From Octopus sinensis (Eukaryota), in assembly GCF_006345805.1 (NCBI RefSeq), contig NC_043004.1, positions 52,018,001 to 52,082,000 of the forward strand: 64,000 nucleotides of DNA, written 5' to 3'. A program made the position numbers and the translations under genes. Positions 39,064 through 55,283 of the stretch are shown here, one piece after another (position 1 is the first letter of the stretch; each line of letters starts with the position of its first letter). The notes under the pieces are model-generated. The model saw only the letters and a program-made list of their open reading frames with translations, was not told the origin of the DNA and searched no databases.

Positions 39064-40623
39064 ATTTTGCCTTCCCTACGACGAGATCACTGTTCAATTT
39101 TTGTCAATTTTTCTAAATAATACATGTCTTGCCGAGATAGATCAACACGAGCTTCTTTGGAATCCTTTTGAATCTATCAAAACAGATTTTAAAAACCGGG
39201 CTGTCTAGCATGTAAGAGATATTAGTGTTTTAAACTTATGCTGGTTTGAGCATGTCCGAAGGATCAACAACGGGTTATCCATATGAGAAATCAGAATGAA
39301 ATCCAGCTGAGATACAACAATAAAGTTAAACACAACTTGAGGAGATTAAATACTGATAATCATAGCTAGACTACAACAACTAAGGATAGAACAAGGAAGG
39401 CGAATTAATTTTGATACTAACACGAGTAATCTTACCTATGGATTATCATCGTCGATATCGACGATAACTGTTGATGGCTAGAATGATGACGATAATGATA
39501 ATGGTGGTGGCTATGGAAATAATGGCGTAGATGATGATGATGATGATAACGTCGACGACGACGATGATGATGATGATGATGATGATGATTGTAATGACGA
39601 CGATGACGACGATGATGATGGTGATGAGGATGATAATGAAGATGATGATGATGTCGATGAGGGTGACAACGATGACGACAACGACGACGAAGGGGATCGA
39701 CCAGGCCGTAGACGACGAGATGCTGGTGATGATGAAGGTGACAACGAAGAAGATGACGATAATGGTTACAATGCTTCTACTGCTGATGAGGAAAGGATGA
39801 GGTATTGAAAAACGATATCTAACAAAGCATGCTGTAGAATGGTCGTTTATTTCATTGCTGTTGTTTTTTGTTTGTTATTTGTCTCCAGTACAGATCTGCG
39901 TGCAAAAAAAAAAGAACCAAACAAACAAAAAGAACCAAGCAAAATCAAGAAAAATAAATCTAATATATGCCAGTCCTTTTTTGTTTTCATCAGGATCAGG
40001 TATAATGAAAATATCCAAAATGATCTTAGGTATATAGAAGACAGTTGGATGCAATTTCATAGAGGTATGTCCGCTATTTATACCACATCAAAGTGACTAC
40101 ATGTAGGGTCAACCGGTGGATTAAAGGATTAATTCGAGCTAAGATGGCTTAGCAAATATTTATAATTTCAACAGTTTTCTAGCAACACCTCTAAGTCGAT
40201 ATTGGTTGCTACCTTAGTTCAATTAGTTCATGCTGACATTTCTGCTACAGTTAAGCACATGACTCATTCGTTGTCAGACAATGCATAATCTCCGTTAGGT
40301 TTTTAAGTAGTGTCTGTCGGGGTAGGGGGCAATATACCCACGTACAGATCTCTCTCTCTCTGTGTATGTATGTGTATGTGAGTGTAGGCGTGTGTGTGTG
40401 TACATATACATATTCATATGCGGATACATAGATATATTATAGATAAGCGTGTGTTTGTATATCTGACTTTTATATGTATATAATCGTATATATATGCATA
40501 TATATATATGTATATATATATAAATATATATATAAATATATATATATATATAAATGTATGGATATGTGTGTGTGCGTGTGCGCGTGTATATGTGTTTACA
40601 TGTATGTAGATACATCATTTCCC

Positions 40624-40697
<74 letters not shown>

Positions 40698-40717
40698 ATA
40701 ATATATATATATATATA

Positions 40718-40753
<36 letters not shown>

Positions 40754-40904
40754 AATGGATGAATGAATTCTCCTTTGTAACACGGATGAAGCGACCTATT
40801 CAAAGGTAGAAACTCCGGGTTAATGTGCAGTAATTTGTGTGGTATAAGTAAATAAATGGAGTTGAACGAAGATGCTGTTAAAATTCTATGTGTGTATGTG
40901 TGTG

Positions 40905-41118
40905 TGTTTGTGTTTGTATTTGTCCCCACCACCACTGTTTGACAACCGGTGTTGGTGTATTTAGGTCGCTGTAACTTAGCCGTTCGGCAAAAGAGACGAT
41001 TAAATTTTTTTTTAAATAAAGACTGGGGTCGAGACATTCGACTAAAAATTGTGCAAAGCAATTCCCCAGCATGGCTGCAATCTAATGACAGAAACAAGTG
41101 AAAGATAAGCGATAAAAG
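40905..41118 (+). mobile_element. SINE family A, 3' half
   Basis: tttgtccccacc...ttgacaaccgg...gttcggcaaaagag. Confidence 0.8.
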
Positions 41119-41119
41119 A

Positions 41120-42145
41120 ATCCCCGTCATCACCACCACCACCACCACCATCATCACCGCCATCACCACCACCACCACCACCACCACCACCACCACCACG
41201 GTATACACAATCACCACCACCATCATAACCACCACAACTGCTAACACTTGAACAATCACAACAACTTCACATCATAACAACCAATACCACTACATGAATA
41301 CTCTTTCAAATACCACCATCACCACCGCTTCACCACTTTACATCAACAATAAACATTACAAACCTCAAAACAACCACAACCGACAAGAAAAGAACAATCA
41401 CACCCATCAGTACTATTTCATCTCCATGATCGTCACAAGCAACCCTCCTTCCCTCCTCCCACTGAAAATCCATCAACCTTACCAACCACTTCCACTGCCG
41501 AACTTAGTAAACACACCCACGTTAGAAATATTTCCTAGTTTCCCACCATCTAACAACTTTGAAACCTCACCACGTCTCTAATACTAATGCCACCAGCACG
41601 GTCACCATCACAGACACCATCACGGACATTTCCATTAAAAACATCAACACGGCTACTACCGCCATTACAAACATAACCATCACAAATACCACCGCCATCA
41701 CCGCCACTAACGCCACCACCACCACCACCACGATCACCGACATCACCATTAAAAACACCAGCCCGACTATCACCACCATCACCAACAGCATTACCACCAC
41801 CTCTACCACCACCACCACCACCATCATCAAGGACATGTCCATTAAAAACACCAGCACGGCCACCATCACTAACACAACCATCAACAATACCAACATCACC
41901 ACCACCAATACCACCACCATCACGGATATCTCCATTAAAAACACCAGCATTACTACCACCACGATAACAAACACAACCATTCAGAAATACCACTATCACC
42001 ACCACAATCACCACCACCACCATCACCATCGCCATAAGCATGAACCACATAAACAACGACACCGCCACCCTTTTCGTTACAAATACCACCATCAAACATA
42101 CCACCACCTTTATCAAACATTATAAGCACCACCATCACCACCACC

Positions 42146-42191
<46 letters not shown>

Positions 42192-42587
42192 GCAAAAACA
42201 ACGCTCTCAACCCTCCCTCCGTTACCATCAAAAGTACCACCATCTTGGACGCCACCATCAAAAGTAACAGCATTTCGAACACCGCCATCCCCAACACCGG
42301 CACCCGCACCTCCGCCACCAACACCACTATCACAAGCACACCACTACCACCACGAAAAGACCGAACATCATCACAAGCTCCGCCCCTAACACCATCACCA
42401 TCACCATCTCCAACGCAAACACTACCACCAGCGCTACCACTCCTTTCACCATCACCAACAACAACTGTAGCAACAATAGTCAAAGTTGCAACGAAACTAC
42501 AAAAATATTCCTGATCTTTTACATGGGGAATAAAATGGATTAGTTAACACAAGAACAAAAAGAATAACACCACCTCAACCAACACCT

Positions 42588-42633
<46 letters not shown>

Positions 42634-43000
42634 AGCTGCTGCTGCTGCTGCTACTACTACTACTATTACTACTACTACTACTGCTGCTGCTACTGCCGGC
42701 TCTGCATCACACTAGCAATACCATTCCTCTACCCGCTGCGAACATAACAACAACAATCCCCGCACCAGCACAGCTACAAGAAAGAAAAAAAGAAACACCA
42801 ACAATATCGACGCTGCCGCCAACGTCGACGCCGTCGACGCCTCCGCCACGTGAACGAACACGATGATGGCTACCACCCCACCCTCAGAAAAACCACCGCC
42901 ACCACTACAACACCATCACCAAAGCCACCACCTTCACCACCACCACCACCACCATAAGCAGCAACAAAAACAACAAACAAGATCATTAATCAACATTAAC
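41120..43000. repeat. (ACC/ATC/AAC/TAC)n low-complexity tract with cryptic minisatellite
   Basis: Trinucleotide runs; ccattaaaaaca recurs four times. Confidence 0.85.
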
Positions 43001-43660
43001 ATTGTAATACATCAACAGTAGGAAAAAATCATCATAATCAAATCAACAAGAACAACAACAACGAAAACACCATTAATAAACAACAACAACAGCAAAACGT
43101 AAATAATAAACAAGATTGAAATCGGAATATGAAATAAGAAAAGTAATAATAAAGTACTGAAAGAATGGCGAATGCATATGAAGGAAATATAATACGGGTA
43201 ATCACAGAGACGCACACGTAATCATGCATATTTATATATGCATAGAAGCACATAAATACGCATACATATGTACATATGCATATGAACATGTTTACCTACC
43301 TACCTGCCTACCTACCTAACAACCTACCTACCTACCTATCTTCATACACAGGTATATATATATATATTATTATATATTTGTGTGTAACCCTACAGTCTCT
43401 TATGTGGTGGTTTAATAAAGTATGTGATTGAGTATTATCTGGTACTTGATATTTGATTTAGATGTATTTCTCCATTTTCTTATCTTGTATATATATATAT
43501 ATACACACACACTATATACACAGAAACCCCCACAAGTATATACATACACATGAAATTGGATAGGAATATAAATAGAAAATCACAAACAGACATCTATGAT
43601 TTTATGTGCCTGTGAGTGTGTGTGTATGTATATATATATATATATATATATACATGTGTT

Positions 43661-43704
<44 letters not shown>

Positions 43705-44238
43705 TATAGGTAGATAGATAGATATACATACAGTTTACTTCTACATTAACAGGGCAACCAATGGTTTCATTTGGGGCGACAACTACAATTGTATATATGC
43801 ATACAGGTATTGTGTTAAGTGTGTGTGTAAGTATACACATGTTTATATATCATAAGCGTGCGTGTGAGTACGTTTGTAAAATATACTTGTATATTGTACA
43901 ATCACATATATTTAAGAAGTTGCGTGATGTACTGTTTAGGTTAATTGGGTTACGTTTGCTAAAAGGTCAGAAACCAGATGGTGAGTAGGCTCCATGATCT
44001 GGGCACCTCATTCTATCTCGTTCTACTCTATCCGGCTTAAAACTATCCCCACTCGTGTGCTGGTGAAGCCGTTAGTCTCTCTAATAGCCACGACATTGAA
44101 ATATTATTGAACCGATTGTCGAACTATGTGGTGAATTGTCGATCTTATAACATTGGGTTTTATGTATATATATGCGAACATACACACGCACACACATACA
44201 CACTCATACATATATTCACAATGACATGTGTGTGTATT

Positions 44239-44276
<38 letters not shown>

Positions 44277-44684
44277 TTCAAAATGTAACCACGTGATTTA
44301 TGGGCGATTTTTTCCTCTGTCTTCCTGTTCTGTTGGACTTTCCTCCGTTTCGGAAGTAGAGCTTTACTCAAAGCGTAAAACCACCTTTCTTTACATCACC
44401 ACGTCCTCACGTTGTTTTTATATTTGTGTTTGTTCTTCGGTTGTTTTGATTTATATACATACATACATACATACATACATACATACATACATACATACAT
44501 ACATACATACACACACACATATATATATATATGCACACGCACATCATTACATACAAACATATATGCGAATAAACTTAGTCTCACTTGCGAGAATAAGCGA
44601 GAAGTTGTATTCTGTTGTACTGGCCCGAAGGAAGTTCTGCACTCTAACTTTGTTTTGAGTACTTCACCGGATGGTTACTTGATG

Positions 44685-44716
<32 letters not shown>

Positions 44717-45006
44717 CTGTGTGTGTGTATTTTCTTTTGGAATATCTAGTAGCGGGCACTTAAATCTATAAATAAGAGCGAAATGTAAGACTGACTTGAA
44801 TGTTTTTTTTATTCCAAATGGTTTCATGTGTTACTACATGTATCTATCTATCTTACTGTTTATCTCTCTATCTACCTATATACACACACGCACACATAAT
44901 ATATTCAAGTAGCATACTAATTAATCGTCACTTCTTTCCTCATTCTAAATATTTATAAATCCGCCTCCATCCCTATATATATATATAAATACATCTCTCT
45001 CATAAT

Positions 45007-45365
<359 letters not shown>

Positions 45366-45401
45366 CTCTCTGTCTATCTGACTGTCTGCCTGCTTGTCTC
45401 G

Positions 45402-47488
45402 CCTGTTCAGGACAACTTTCGGGGTGGGACCCATGGGCAATCACCAAAGTCCTTGGCTTGGCAGTGCTATCGAGAAGCATTACCCGTTCGGGATATGCTC
45501 TACAGGCACGGCTCGAGACATAGCGGACCGACTTGCCCGCGATGCGGTCGGAGCGACGAAACCGTTTTGCACGCATTCGCGCAGTGTCCAGCCATTCCTA
45601 ACTATCTATCCATTTGTCTGTCAAACTTCAGGCCCATCATTCTGCTAAAGGCAGATTTGATATTTTGCCCAAGGTGTTAGCCGAGAGATTGGCGCTTGTC
45701 AACAAGAGAGTAGTCAAGGGAACGTGCACCGTGTCGGGTAGGAGTATCCATGACAACCTCCATCTGATCCGCTACATCATAGAGAGGGTAGTGAAGCATC
45801 CTGGCATGGGTGGAGTGCTGATCAATTTGGATCAATCAAAAGCTTTCGATAGGGTAGACCATCACTACTTGGACGCTGTCCTTAAAGCGGCTGGTTTCGG
45901 TCCCATCTTCCGCAGTTGAATTGCTGCCATATACAGCGACATCCGCACGTTCGTTCGCGTAAATGGTCATCTATCCAGACCATTTAACATCATGCGCTCG
46001 GTTCGTCAAGGATTCCCCCTCTCGTCGCTTCTATATGTATTGGCTTTTGAACCACTACTGCGGAAGCTGGCGACACTGAGGAGCATCCCACGAGGGCTAC
46101 GATGCGGAAGGAGCGTGTCTGCATACATGAACGACGTCTGCATACGCGGGCCGTCATAGTGTCGAGCCACAATATATCGACCTGGTTGGCGATACACTAA
46201 AATAATACGAAAAGAATACGGTAAAGGGAGCAAAAATTAACCGGGAAAAGTCAGGGGGCTTGTGGCTCGGCACCTGGAGAAGCAAGCCCATGCCGTCCAA
46301 CAGCGTCTCCATCGTGGCACACTGGACCGACGGATCGGTTAAATTACTACGTGTCTGGTTCAGTCCGGACCTCCAAAATGGAGAGGAAGTGGGGCGAAAT
46401 AACGACTACGGTGGCCACTCTCACCTAGCAATGGGTCAAGAGGAAGCTGTCCCTAAATGGTCGGGCGGACGTGCCTTGTATCGACCCTACCATCACCAAA
46501 CTGGAATGCATATTCTTCCGCTTCTTGTGGAAGGGAAGCGTTTCGATGATTAGGCGATCCATATGCTGTTAACATCCGCTAAATGGAGGGCTAGGCATGC
46601 CTTGGTTGATGATGCACAGACATGTGCTGAGGCAGCGACATCTCCGGCGCTTCACAGACGACGGTGAACAGGTGTGTTTGCCGTTTGTGCGGCGCGCTTT
46701 CCCAAAGCTCGTCTCCTTGGCCGAACTGCAGTCGTGGATCAAACAGAGACCGCGGCTAGGCGAATTTTACCGCGAATGTTGCGTTGCTCTCAAGCAACTC
46801 TGCCGTCCGGGACCAAACTTGTGCGACTTCATTAGAACAAAGGCGTTCTATAGAGGATTAGTGGTGGGGAGATGCGATGATGTTCTTGGGCAGTATCTGG
46901 GCGTCGACGAGGAACACCTAACCTGCCTGTTCAGAACAACTTTCGGGCCGGAACTTCTGGACAATCACCAAAGATCCCTGCCCTGTCAGTGCTATCGAGA
47001 AGCATTACCTGTTCAGGATAAGCTCTAAAGGCACGGTTCGAAGCCCACCGAACCGACTTGCCCGAGATGCGGTTAGAACGACGAAATCGTTCTGCACGCA
47101 CTCATGCAGTGTCCAACCATTTCGGACCAGTGGGCTTATGCCGAAAGGCTGCTGTCGCGTGTGGGACGAATCCGCCTTTCGGTCGAGTCTATCTTGTAGA
47201 TTGCTCCGCCACCTTCTCTCAACATGGAAGGCAAGGCAGTCTTCATCGTACTGGTGGCCATGGTGAAAGAATATGTGTGGTGGACACGAGCGAAATGATT
47301 AGAGACAAGCACTTACCTCTCCTGGCCAGTCCCTCATCAACTTTTTCAAGTACCACTTGAAAAGGAAGGTGAGAATAGAGAGGCAGGCTTTGTCTCGTGA
47401 AATTTCAAAAAATCGTGGGTGAATGTAGCAAGGATGGTGCTTGCAAGCGTCGAAACCAATTTGAGCATCATCCTGTAAATCGAAAAAC
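45402..47488 (+). mobile_element. degenerate L1/Tx1-clade LINE ORF2 (RT plus C-terminal zinc knuckle)
   Basis: [74 protein letters not shown]...CP; stops and frameshifts present. Confidence 0.9.
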
Positions 47489-47504
47489 AGAGAGAGATGG
47501 AGAG

Positions 47505-47551
<47 letters not shown>

Positions 47552-47870
47552 TGCTCTTTGCTCTCATGTGTTTATTCCCTCCCTGCCTGAGGTTACTATG
47601 GTCTTTTTCGTAGGCTTTTCTTTCCACAGATAAACCTAATTTTACTTCTTAGAGATAAAAAATGTCTTCTTTGATACACGTTCCCTTTTGATGGCACCCC
47701 CGACCCTTTTGATCGCCTTTTTCCCCCCGACCCTTTTGATCAAAATTTTCCATTTTTTTTCTGTTTTTTCACTTTCTCTTTTTCATTTTCGAAAAGAAAA
47801 CCTCTACATTTGTATTTGTCCCCTCTCCTCTGTGTTCAACCTTGTGTGGCCAATAAATGAAGTTATATAT

Positions 47871-47949
<79 letters not shown>

Positions 47950-48344
47950 CCTAACAGAATATATCTGATATATATTTACAGTAATTTATTACATTTTTCT
48001 CATTGTTCTTCAATCCGGATGACTAAAATATATTTTTGAATGGTGTGGACTGTTGCCAAGAGAGCATCGCGGATCTGCCAGACACGGCATAACTTAAGCA
48101 ATGCTGGACAATGTATGTGTCTTTGAATGTGTCTATACACACATGCACACACACAGAGACGCACGAGCGTGCGTAAATAAGCACATACGTGTGTGTATGT
48201 GTTTGTGGTTCATAATTTTATATGCGTCTATTACATGGGATATGAAAACACGCAAATACGTGAACGCTCAAGAGAATTATATTTGTGTGTATGGATGTAT
48301 TTGAGTGCAAATTTATAAGCCACATAATTAAATCCATATACGCC

Positions 48345-48429
<85 letters not shown>

Positions 48430-48534
48430 TTATGTGTCTGTCTGCCTGTCTGTCTTTCTATGAGTTTATGTATGCATGTATGTATCTGTCTATCGCTCTA
48501 TCACACATACACACAGACATGTATATCTATACCT

Positions 48535-48591
<57 letters not shown>

Positions 48592-50381
48592 ATATATATA
48601 TATATGTATATATGTGTGTGTGTGTGTATATATATGTATATATGTTTATATATATGTATATATATATATATACATATATATATTATATATATACATATAT
48701 ATATATATATGTATATGTATATGTATATATATATACATATATATATATATGTATATGTATATGTATATATATATATAGTATCTATATATATATAGTGTGT
48801 GTGTGTGATAGATTTACAGATGGGTAGATAGATGAATGGGTACGTAAGTATATATATGCGTGTGTGCATATATATGAATCTATGCATATGGATATATGTA
48901 TTAATCGATATACACAAACACAAACGTATACACATATATATGTATATATGTCCGAAGATGCTTTCACAGTCGAAACATCGTGCATCTTGCACGGATCTTT
49001 TAATAAACAAATCGTACAAAGACGCACGCATATATATAATATACATGCATATATACACACGGGTACACACACGCGCACACACACTCATACACATATATAT
49101 GATTAAGAAGTACTATGTATATAGTATAGTTTTATTAAACTAATTTTGACGGATATCCAAATAAGAAATGCTTACAGTAACGCACTGATACACACTAATA
49201 TACCCACACATATACATACCTGCTTGCATATACTGACACACACACATACGCAGACACTCACACACACATACACACACACATGTATATCCATCGATGTATC
49301 TGTATGTATATATATATATAATATATATATATATACATACACACACACACATATATATAAATGCATATACATATATATACCCACACACATCATGTGTGTA
49401 TGCCATTATCGCTATATCTCATTCGCTGCTCTCCCCCTCTGTCTGTCCGTCTGTCTCTCTCTCTATCTGTCTCTACACGCGCTCATATACGCATTCTTAC
49501 ATAAATTTTCGTACCCATACATACACCATACACATATTTACGCTTATATTTACACATATACATGCAAATATATATGCACACACTTACACAAATACTAATA
49601 CATACATACGTACAATACGCCAAATATCGGTATTTAGCCAAGCAGACATAGAAATCAAAAGCTAGCGAATATATGAAACATGATGGAGTGAGCCGAAGCT
49701 GGGTGGTGAAAGGACTGTGGGTATGGCTAACTATGTAGGGTGATGTGGTGGGTGTGGTGGGTGTGGTGGTAGTGGGTGGAGTGAGGGGGGTTTAGTGGTA
49801 GACATGTGCGAAAATAAACAATGGAATACAATACAAAGCAAAGAACAACAGACAAATAAACAAATAAACTATGCTAAGAAATGATGTATTTGCTTGATTG
49901 AGTGAAATGTATGAATAGTAATGTCTACTGCTACGTCAACAGTAAGAAGAAATACAACTTGTAGTAGTAGTAGTAGTAGTAGTAGTAGTGATGATAAGAA
50001 GAAGGGGAGAAGAAGAAGGGGAGGAGGAGAACAAGAAGAAGAAGAAGAAGAAGAAGAAGAAGAAGAAGAACAGAACAAGAAGAAGAAGAAGAAGAAGAAG
50101 AAGAAGAAAAAAGAAGAAGAAAAAGAAGAAGAAAAAGAAGAACAACAACAACGGTAATCACGACGGCAATAACAAAAACAATACGCGTTACATTAGCAAG
50201 TATGAAAAATAACAACAGTGAAAGGAAACGATAACTAGCACAAACCAACAATAACAACAACAATAATTGCCTGACGAACAGCAACAATGAAAACAAGAAT
50301 AAGAAGGAAACCGGTAAGAACAATAGTAATAATAACATCAAAAAGAACATCAGCAACAGCAAAAACAACAACAGCAGCTGT

Positions 50382-50580
50382 GGAGGCGCAATGGCCCAGT
50401 GGTTAGGGCAGCGGACTCGAGGTCGTAAGAACTTGGTTTCGATTCCCAGACTGGGCATTGTGAATGTTTATTGAGCAAAAACACCTAGGTTCTACAAGGC
50501 TCCGATGGCAGGGTGGGTGGGTGAACCCCGCTGTACTCTTTCACCAAAACTTTCTCTCACTCTTTATTCCTATTTCTGCT
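50382..50580 (+). mobile_element. SINE family C
   Basis: Matches the 37254 copy. Confidence 0.85.
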
Positions 50581-50835
50581 ACAAAGCAGAGGAACCATGG
50601 TGTAACCCACTAAGGTGTGGTAAACTTTCAGACCCTAGTCTAGATTGCGAATCGTCTGTACCCCAGGATGGTTCAGCTCTACACCCGTTAAAAGCCACCG
50701 TTTACGGAAAGAGGATAACAACGTAGCTTTCGCGCCAGTGCAACCGCCAGTCTATTGCCTCACGCATTCTTAGTAGCTTAGAGTAGGCTCGAATTAGAGA
50801 TTATTCTTTGTGGCTAATGGCGTGAGTCCTGATTG

Positions 50836-50870
<35 letters not shown>

Positions 50871-51401
50871 GATGCAGTACCAGGCAGTGGCTCTCATGGC
50901 TTCTGATCTTAACTGATTGGAAGTGTTATCATGTACATTGTTTTGTCTTGGTATAAAAGATGGGCTACAGCAAATATTCTGCTCAATACCACAGATTTGC
51001 TTGTCAGTTGTTTGACCTTAACCAGTTGAGCATGTCCCTTAGTGGCTGACGATATGTGCATCTCTGATCACGAGCAGAAGTAGTGGGGGAGCATCATAGC
51101 CATGTGTTGAGAGGGATTCTTTGGGGTGAATAGTTCACCTCTGGAAACATGGGTGGTTCTTTCACACATCCTTAAACAACCCTTATCAGGGACCGTTTGA
51201 GCGGGATGGGCTACTCAACCTGAAGAAAATTCTAACTGGGCCCCACCTGCAAGGTCATGTGCTGTTTATCTTGATATGAGATCACCATGTCGCGCACATA
51301 TGGTTGTGATGCATGTGCCTGGTGTACCTTTATCAGACGGGTAGTCATGATGGGTATATTGGGCTTCGTATATTTTACCCCAGTGTCACTTTGATGGCAT
51401 G
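50871..51401. mobile_element. probable unclassified interspersed repeat between two (AAT)n tracts
   Basis: GC-richer block with sharp microsatellite boundaries; recalled as a common octopus repeat, single copy here. Confidence 0.4.
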
Positions 51402-51417
51402 AATTTCTCTCTCACTC

Positions 51418-51501
<84 letters not shown>

Positions 51502-51654
51502 AAGAAGAAGAAGAAGAAGAAGAAGAAATAGAAGCCAACAGCAGCTAGAATAACTGTAATAGGTACAACAATAGTAACAATAACAGTAATTGTAACAACA
51601 ACAATAATAATAGTTAGAACCGAACAGCACGAATAACAACAGCAGTAATAATTA

Positions 51655-51975
51655 CAACTGGCTCTCCGTCGGTTACGGCGACGAGCGTTCCAGTTGATAC
51701 AATCCACGAATTTCCTGTCCGTGAAATTAACATAGATGTGGCTGAGCACTCCTCAGACATGCGTACCCCTGACGTAGTTCTCAGGGACATTCGGCGTTAC
51801 GCAGAGTGTGACGCACAATGTAACACAGAAAGTGAGATACTTTGAATCATTTTGCCAACAGAGCTGACTGGAGCAACATGAAATAAAGTGTCTTGCTGAA
51901 GGACACGACACCCACGTCAGTAATCGGACTCACGATCTTGACCGAATACTCTAACCACCTGGCCATTTGCCTTCA
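51655..51975 (-). mobile_element. SINE, family D-type head, diverged
   Basis: Reverse complement of gtccttcagcaagacactttatttcatgttgctccag; 3' body shared with 62343-62490. Confidence 0.7.
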
Positions 51976-52017
51976 CAACGGGAACACCAGCTACTACTAC
52001 TACTACTACTACTACTA

Positions 52018-52068
<51 letters not shown>

Positions 52069-52384
52069 TACTTGTTTCATCCAAAGGTATTTCGTCTTCC
52101 AATCAATGTTTTAAGTAAATCCCGTCTGACTTGAGGGCGTATTGTAATCAATACTCGGTTTTGAAGTATGGCTTCCACTGCATTTAAAGCTATAGACAAT
52201 GGTTTGAGGGCGATGAGGTAATAACAGCAGCCATATTGTTTCCAAAGATTATACTAGAGACAAATACTGAAGGTACATCACCTGAAATGCTGGTTGCCAC
52301 AGAAGAAAAAATTATCGTATTTTACATGGTCATTTGTGAGACGCTTGTGAATTTAAACAGGAAATAATTCTTCGTACAGGGTTA

Positions 52385-53180
52385 GGAGTTTTGAGGGGAG
52401 AAGAATTCGATTGCATCGAATCTAGCATTCACCTGGTATTTATTTTATCAGTCATGAAAGGATGAAAGGGAAAATCATCTTTCGCAGTACTTGAGATCAG
52501 AAGGTAAAGTTTGAAGAAATGCCGGTCAGTAGGTTAAGGATTCAACCGTATCGGTCAATTTGGCAAGTAATAATCCTTTCTAATATAAGGAAAGGTCCTG
52601 AAATGTTGAGGAGGGGTTACATCGACCCAAGTGCTAAATTGGTGCTTATTTTATCGACCCCGAAAGGATAAAACGCAAGGGCGGAATTTGGCCTGAGAAC
52701 GTAAGTTCGGACAAAATACCGTTAAACATTTTGCCCGCTGTGCAAACGATTCTGTCAGATCGCCGCCGTAATTTGGTAAGTAATAATACTTTCTACTAAA
52801 AATGCACGGCCTGAAATTTTGGGGAGGGGACTAGTCGATTACATCAACTCCAGTGCGTAACTGGTATTTAATTTATCGATCCCGAAAGGATGAAAAACAA
52901 AGTACTCCGATAGCATTTGAACTCAGAACGTAATGATAGACAAAATACCTATTTCTTCACTACCTATAAGGGGCTAAACACAGAGAGGACAAACAAGGAC
53001 AGACAAAGGGATTAAGTCGATTATATCGACCCCAGTGCGTAACTGGTACTTATTTAATTGATCCCGAAAGGATGAAAGGCAAAGTCGACCTCAACAGAAT
53101 TTGAACTCAGAACGTAGCGGCAGACAAAATACCTTCAAGCATTTTGACCGGCGTGTTAACGTTTCTGGAAACTCGCCGCC
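52385..53180 (-). mobile_element. cluster of about four adjacent family B SINEs
   Basis: Repeated aactggta.tta.tttatcga.cccgaaaggatgaaa blocks. Confidence 0.8.
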
Positions 53181-53810
53181 AACACATGGCGTTTTCATAC
53201 AGCAAGCGTTTTACAATTTGTTTCAGCACCACCAATATTCTGACAGCTGATGCTTCGGCGACCTCTTTAGTCTGGAGAAATTGCGAGAAGAAACTCGAGT
53301 TCCCCTAGCCACCAGGCAATTTCACTACAAGACCTCAGGGGTCGTTTTGTATATATCTGGTGTTTACATGCATTATTTACACTGCACATCTGAGAAGCGA
53401 CACCGACATTTTGAAAGATCTGCTTATTAAGATTAGTTTCCCTTAGTTATAGCCAGAACAGTTAAAAGATCTGAGAGCGTCAATAGCAGTGTCGAACGTC
53501 AGTATTATTCCATATCGATTAAAGTTACAGTAGAACTACTGAAAACAAAAGTGTACAATGATGTTTCGGTACGTAGTCTGTGTGATATCTATGGCATGGG
53601 ATGTATATAATTTGTAGGTTAGAGTGTGTTGATAAACTAATATTTCGTGACCACTGACGGCTCACTGGTCCACTATTAGTTAGACGAATAGTTACCAGTC
53701 AGTAGACCTGCTATATTGAATATTGTGTGAGGTTTATAAGATGACAATCCAACCACGTTGCACACTTAACAGTACACGACTTCAAGTTACCATCTGTAAT
53801 AATACTTCCC

Positions 53811-53905
<95 letters not shown>

Positions 53906-54028
53906 GATCTATCTATCTATCGATCTATCTATCTGTATGTCTGTCTGTCGGTCAATCAGCCAACCTGTCTGTCAGAAGGATAGATAGATTGATAGATTGA
54001 TAGATATGTATGTATTTATGTATGTATG

Positions 54029-54062
<34 letters not shown>

Positions 54063-54472
54063 TGTATGTATGTATGTATGTATGTATGTATGTACGTATG
54101 TATGTATGTAGGTAGGTTGGTAGGTAGATTGAGGTATAGATAGATAGATAGATGGATACATAGATAGATAGACAGGTAGATAGATAAATAGGTAGATAGA
54201 TAGATAAACAGATAGATAGATGAATATCACGAAGAAAAAAGCTCGCTTTTGGTATTCATAGTTTCACTGCATATTACTACCTTCTTTGAAAGATTCTTTT
54301 TTTCAAGCGAGCGTATGGAACATATTTTTAGCAGTTAATATAAGGCCTGCGTATTAGAAAAGATTTTACATTTCATGTACGAGTAGTTGAGGTTCGCATT
54401 CTTAATTCCAGATGAATGGCAAATGGATTATATTATATTCCTTCTCTGGGCGTCAGAAGGTAGAACGATGGT

Positions 54473-54690
54473 TACTCTTTTACTCTTTTACTTGTTTCAG
54501 TCATTTGACTGCGGCCATGCTGGAGCACCGCCTTTAGTCGAGCAACTCAACCCCGGGACTTATTCTTTTTGTAAGCCCAGTACTTATTCTATCGTCTCTT
54601 TTTGCCGAACAGCTAAGTAACGGGGACGTAAACACACCAGCATCGGTTGTCAAGCAATGCTAGGGGAACAAACACAGACACACAAACATA
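54473..54690 (-). mobile_element. SINE family A, 3' half
   Basis: Reverse complement of the family A tail. Confidence 0.9.
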
Positions 54691-55216
54691 CATGTTGAAT
54701 GCAAACTTAAATATTCCCTCTACGGTCACTACACAGAGTTGGCGTTTGTCCTGCTGGTGCCATAGTTTGTCATACTTGTGCCGCCATATTTTGTGGTTGT
54801 CATGCTTGTGCCGCCATATTTTGTGGTTACCTGAGCTATTAATTCAGACTCGTTCACAGTGGGCGATAAAGTGAATGCAACATGCTTAGATGCAACACTG
54901 CATCTAAACTACATACCATTCAATGTTAGAATGTGTAGTAGGGTTCTTAACTAGATAAAAGTACTGAAACACTTCATTCTATGAATCACTGCTAGATATA
55001 CAACTAACTACCTATGTGATATATATGGATTATATATGTAATATTATCAGAAACTAAAACAGCAGCATATATATAAATGTGTACATACATAAATACATAC
55101 ACATATAAATGTACCAGACAGTGGCTGGAGCGGACTCAGAATCTAGACTGCATCCAATAAAATGAACAACTGTAATTTGGAGAGCGCACTGTGGTGGTCC
55201 ATTAAGTGAAGTTATA

Positions 55217-55283
<67 letters not shown>

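Noticed and set aside
52070-52250. 57-codon open frame on minus (...ALNAVEAILQNRVLITIRPQVRR...)
   Set aside because: No recognisable homology or donor site.
54769-54828. 30 bp direct repeat x2 (also a 17 bp repeat near 24652-24690 and a 7-mer x3 near 55761)
   Set aside because: Ordinary slippage duplications.
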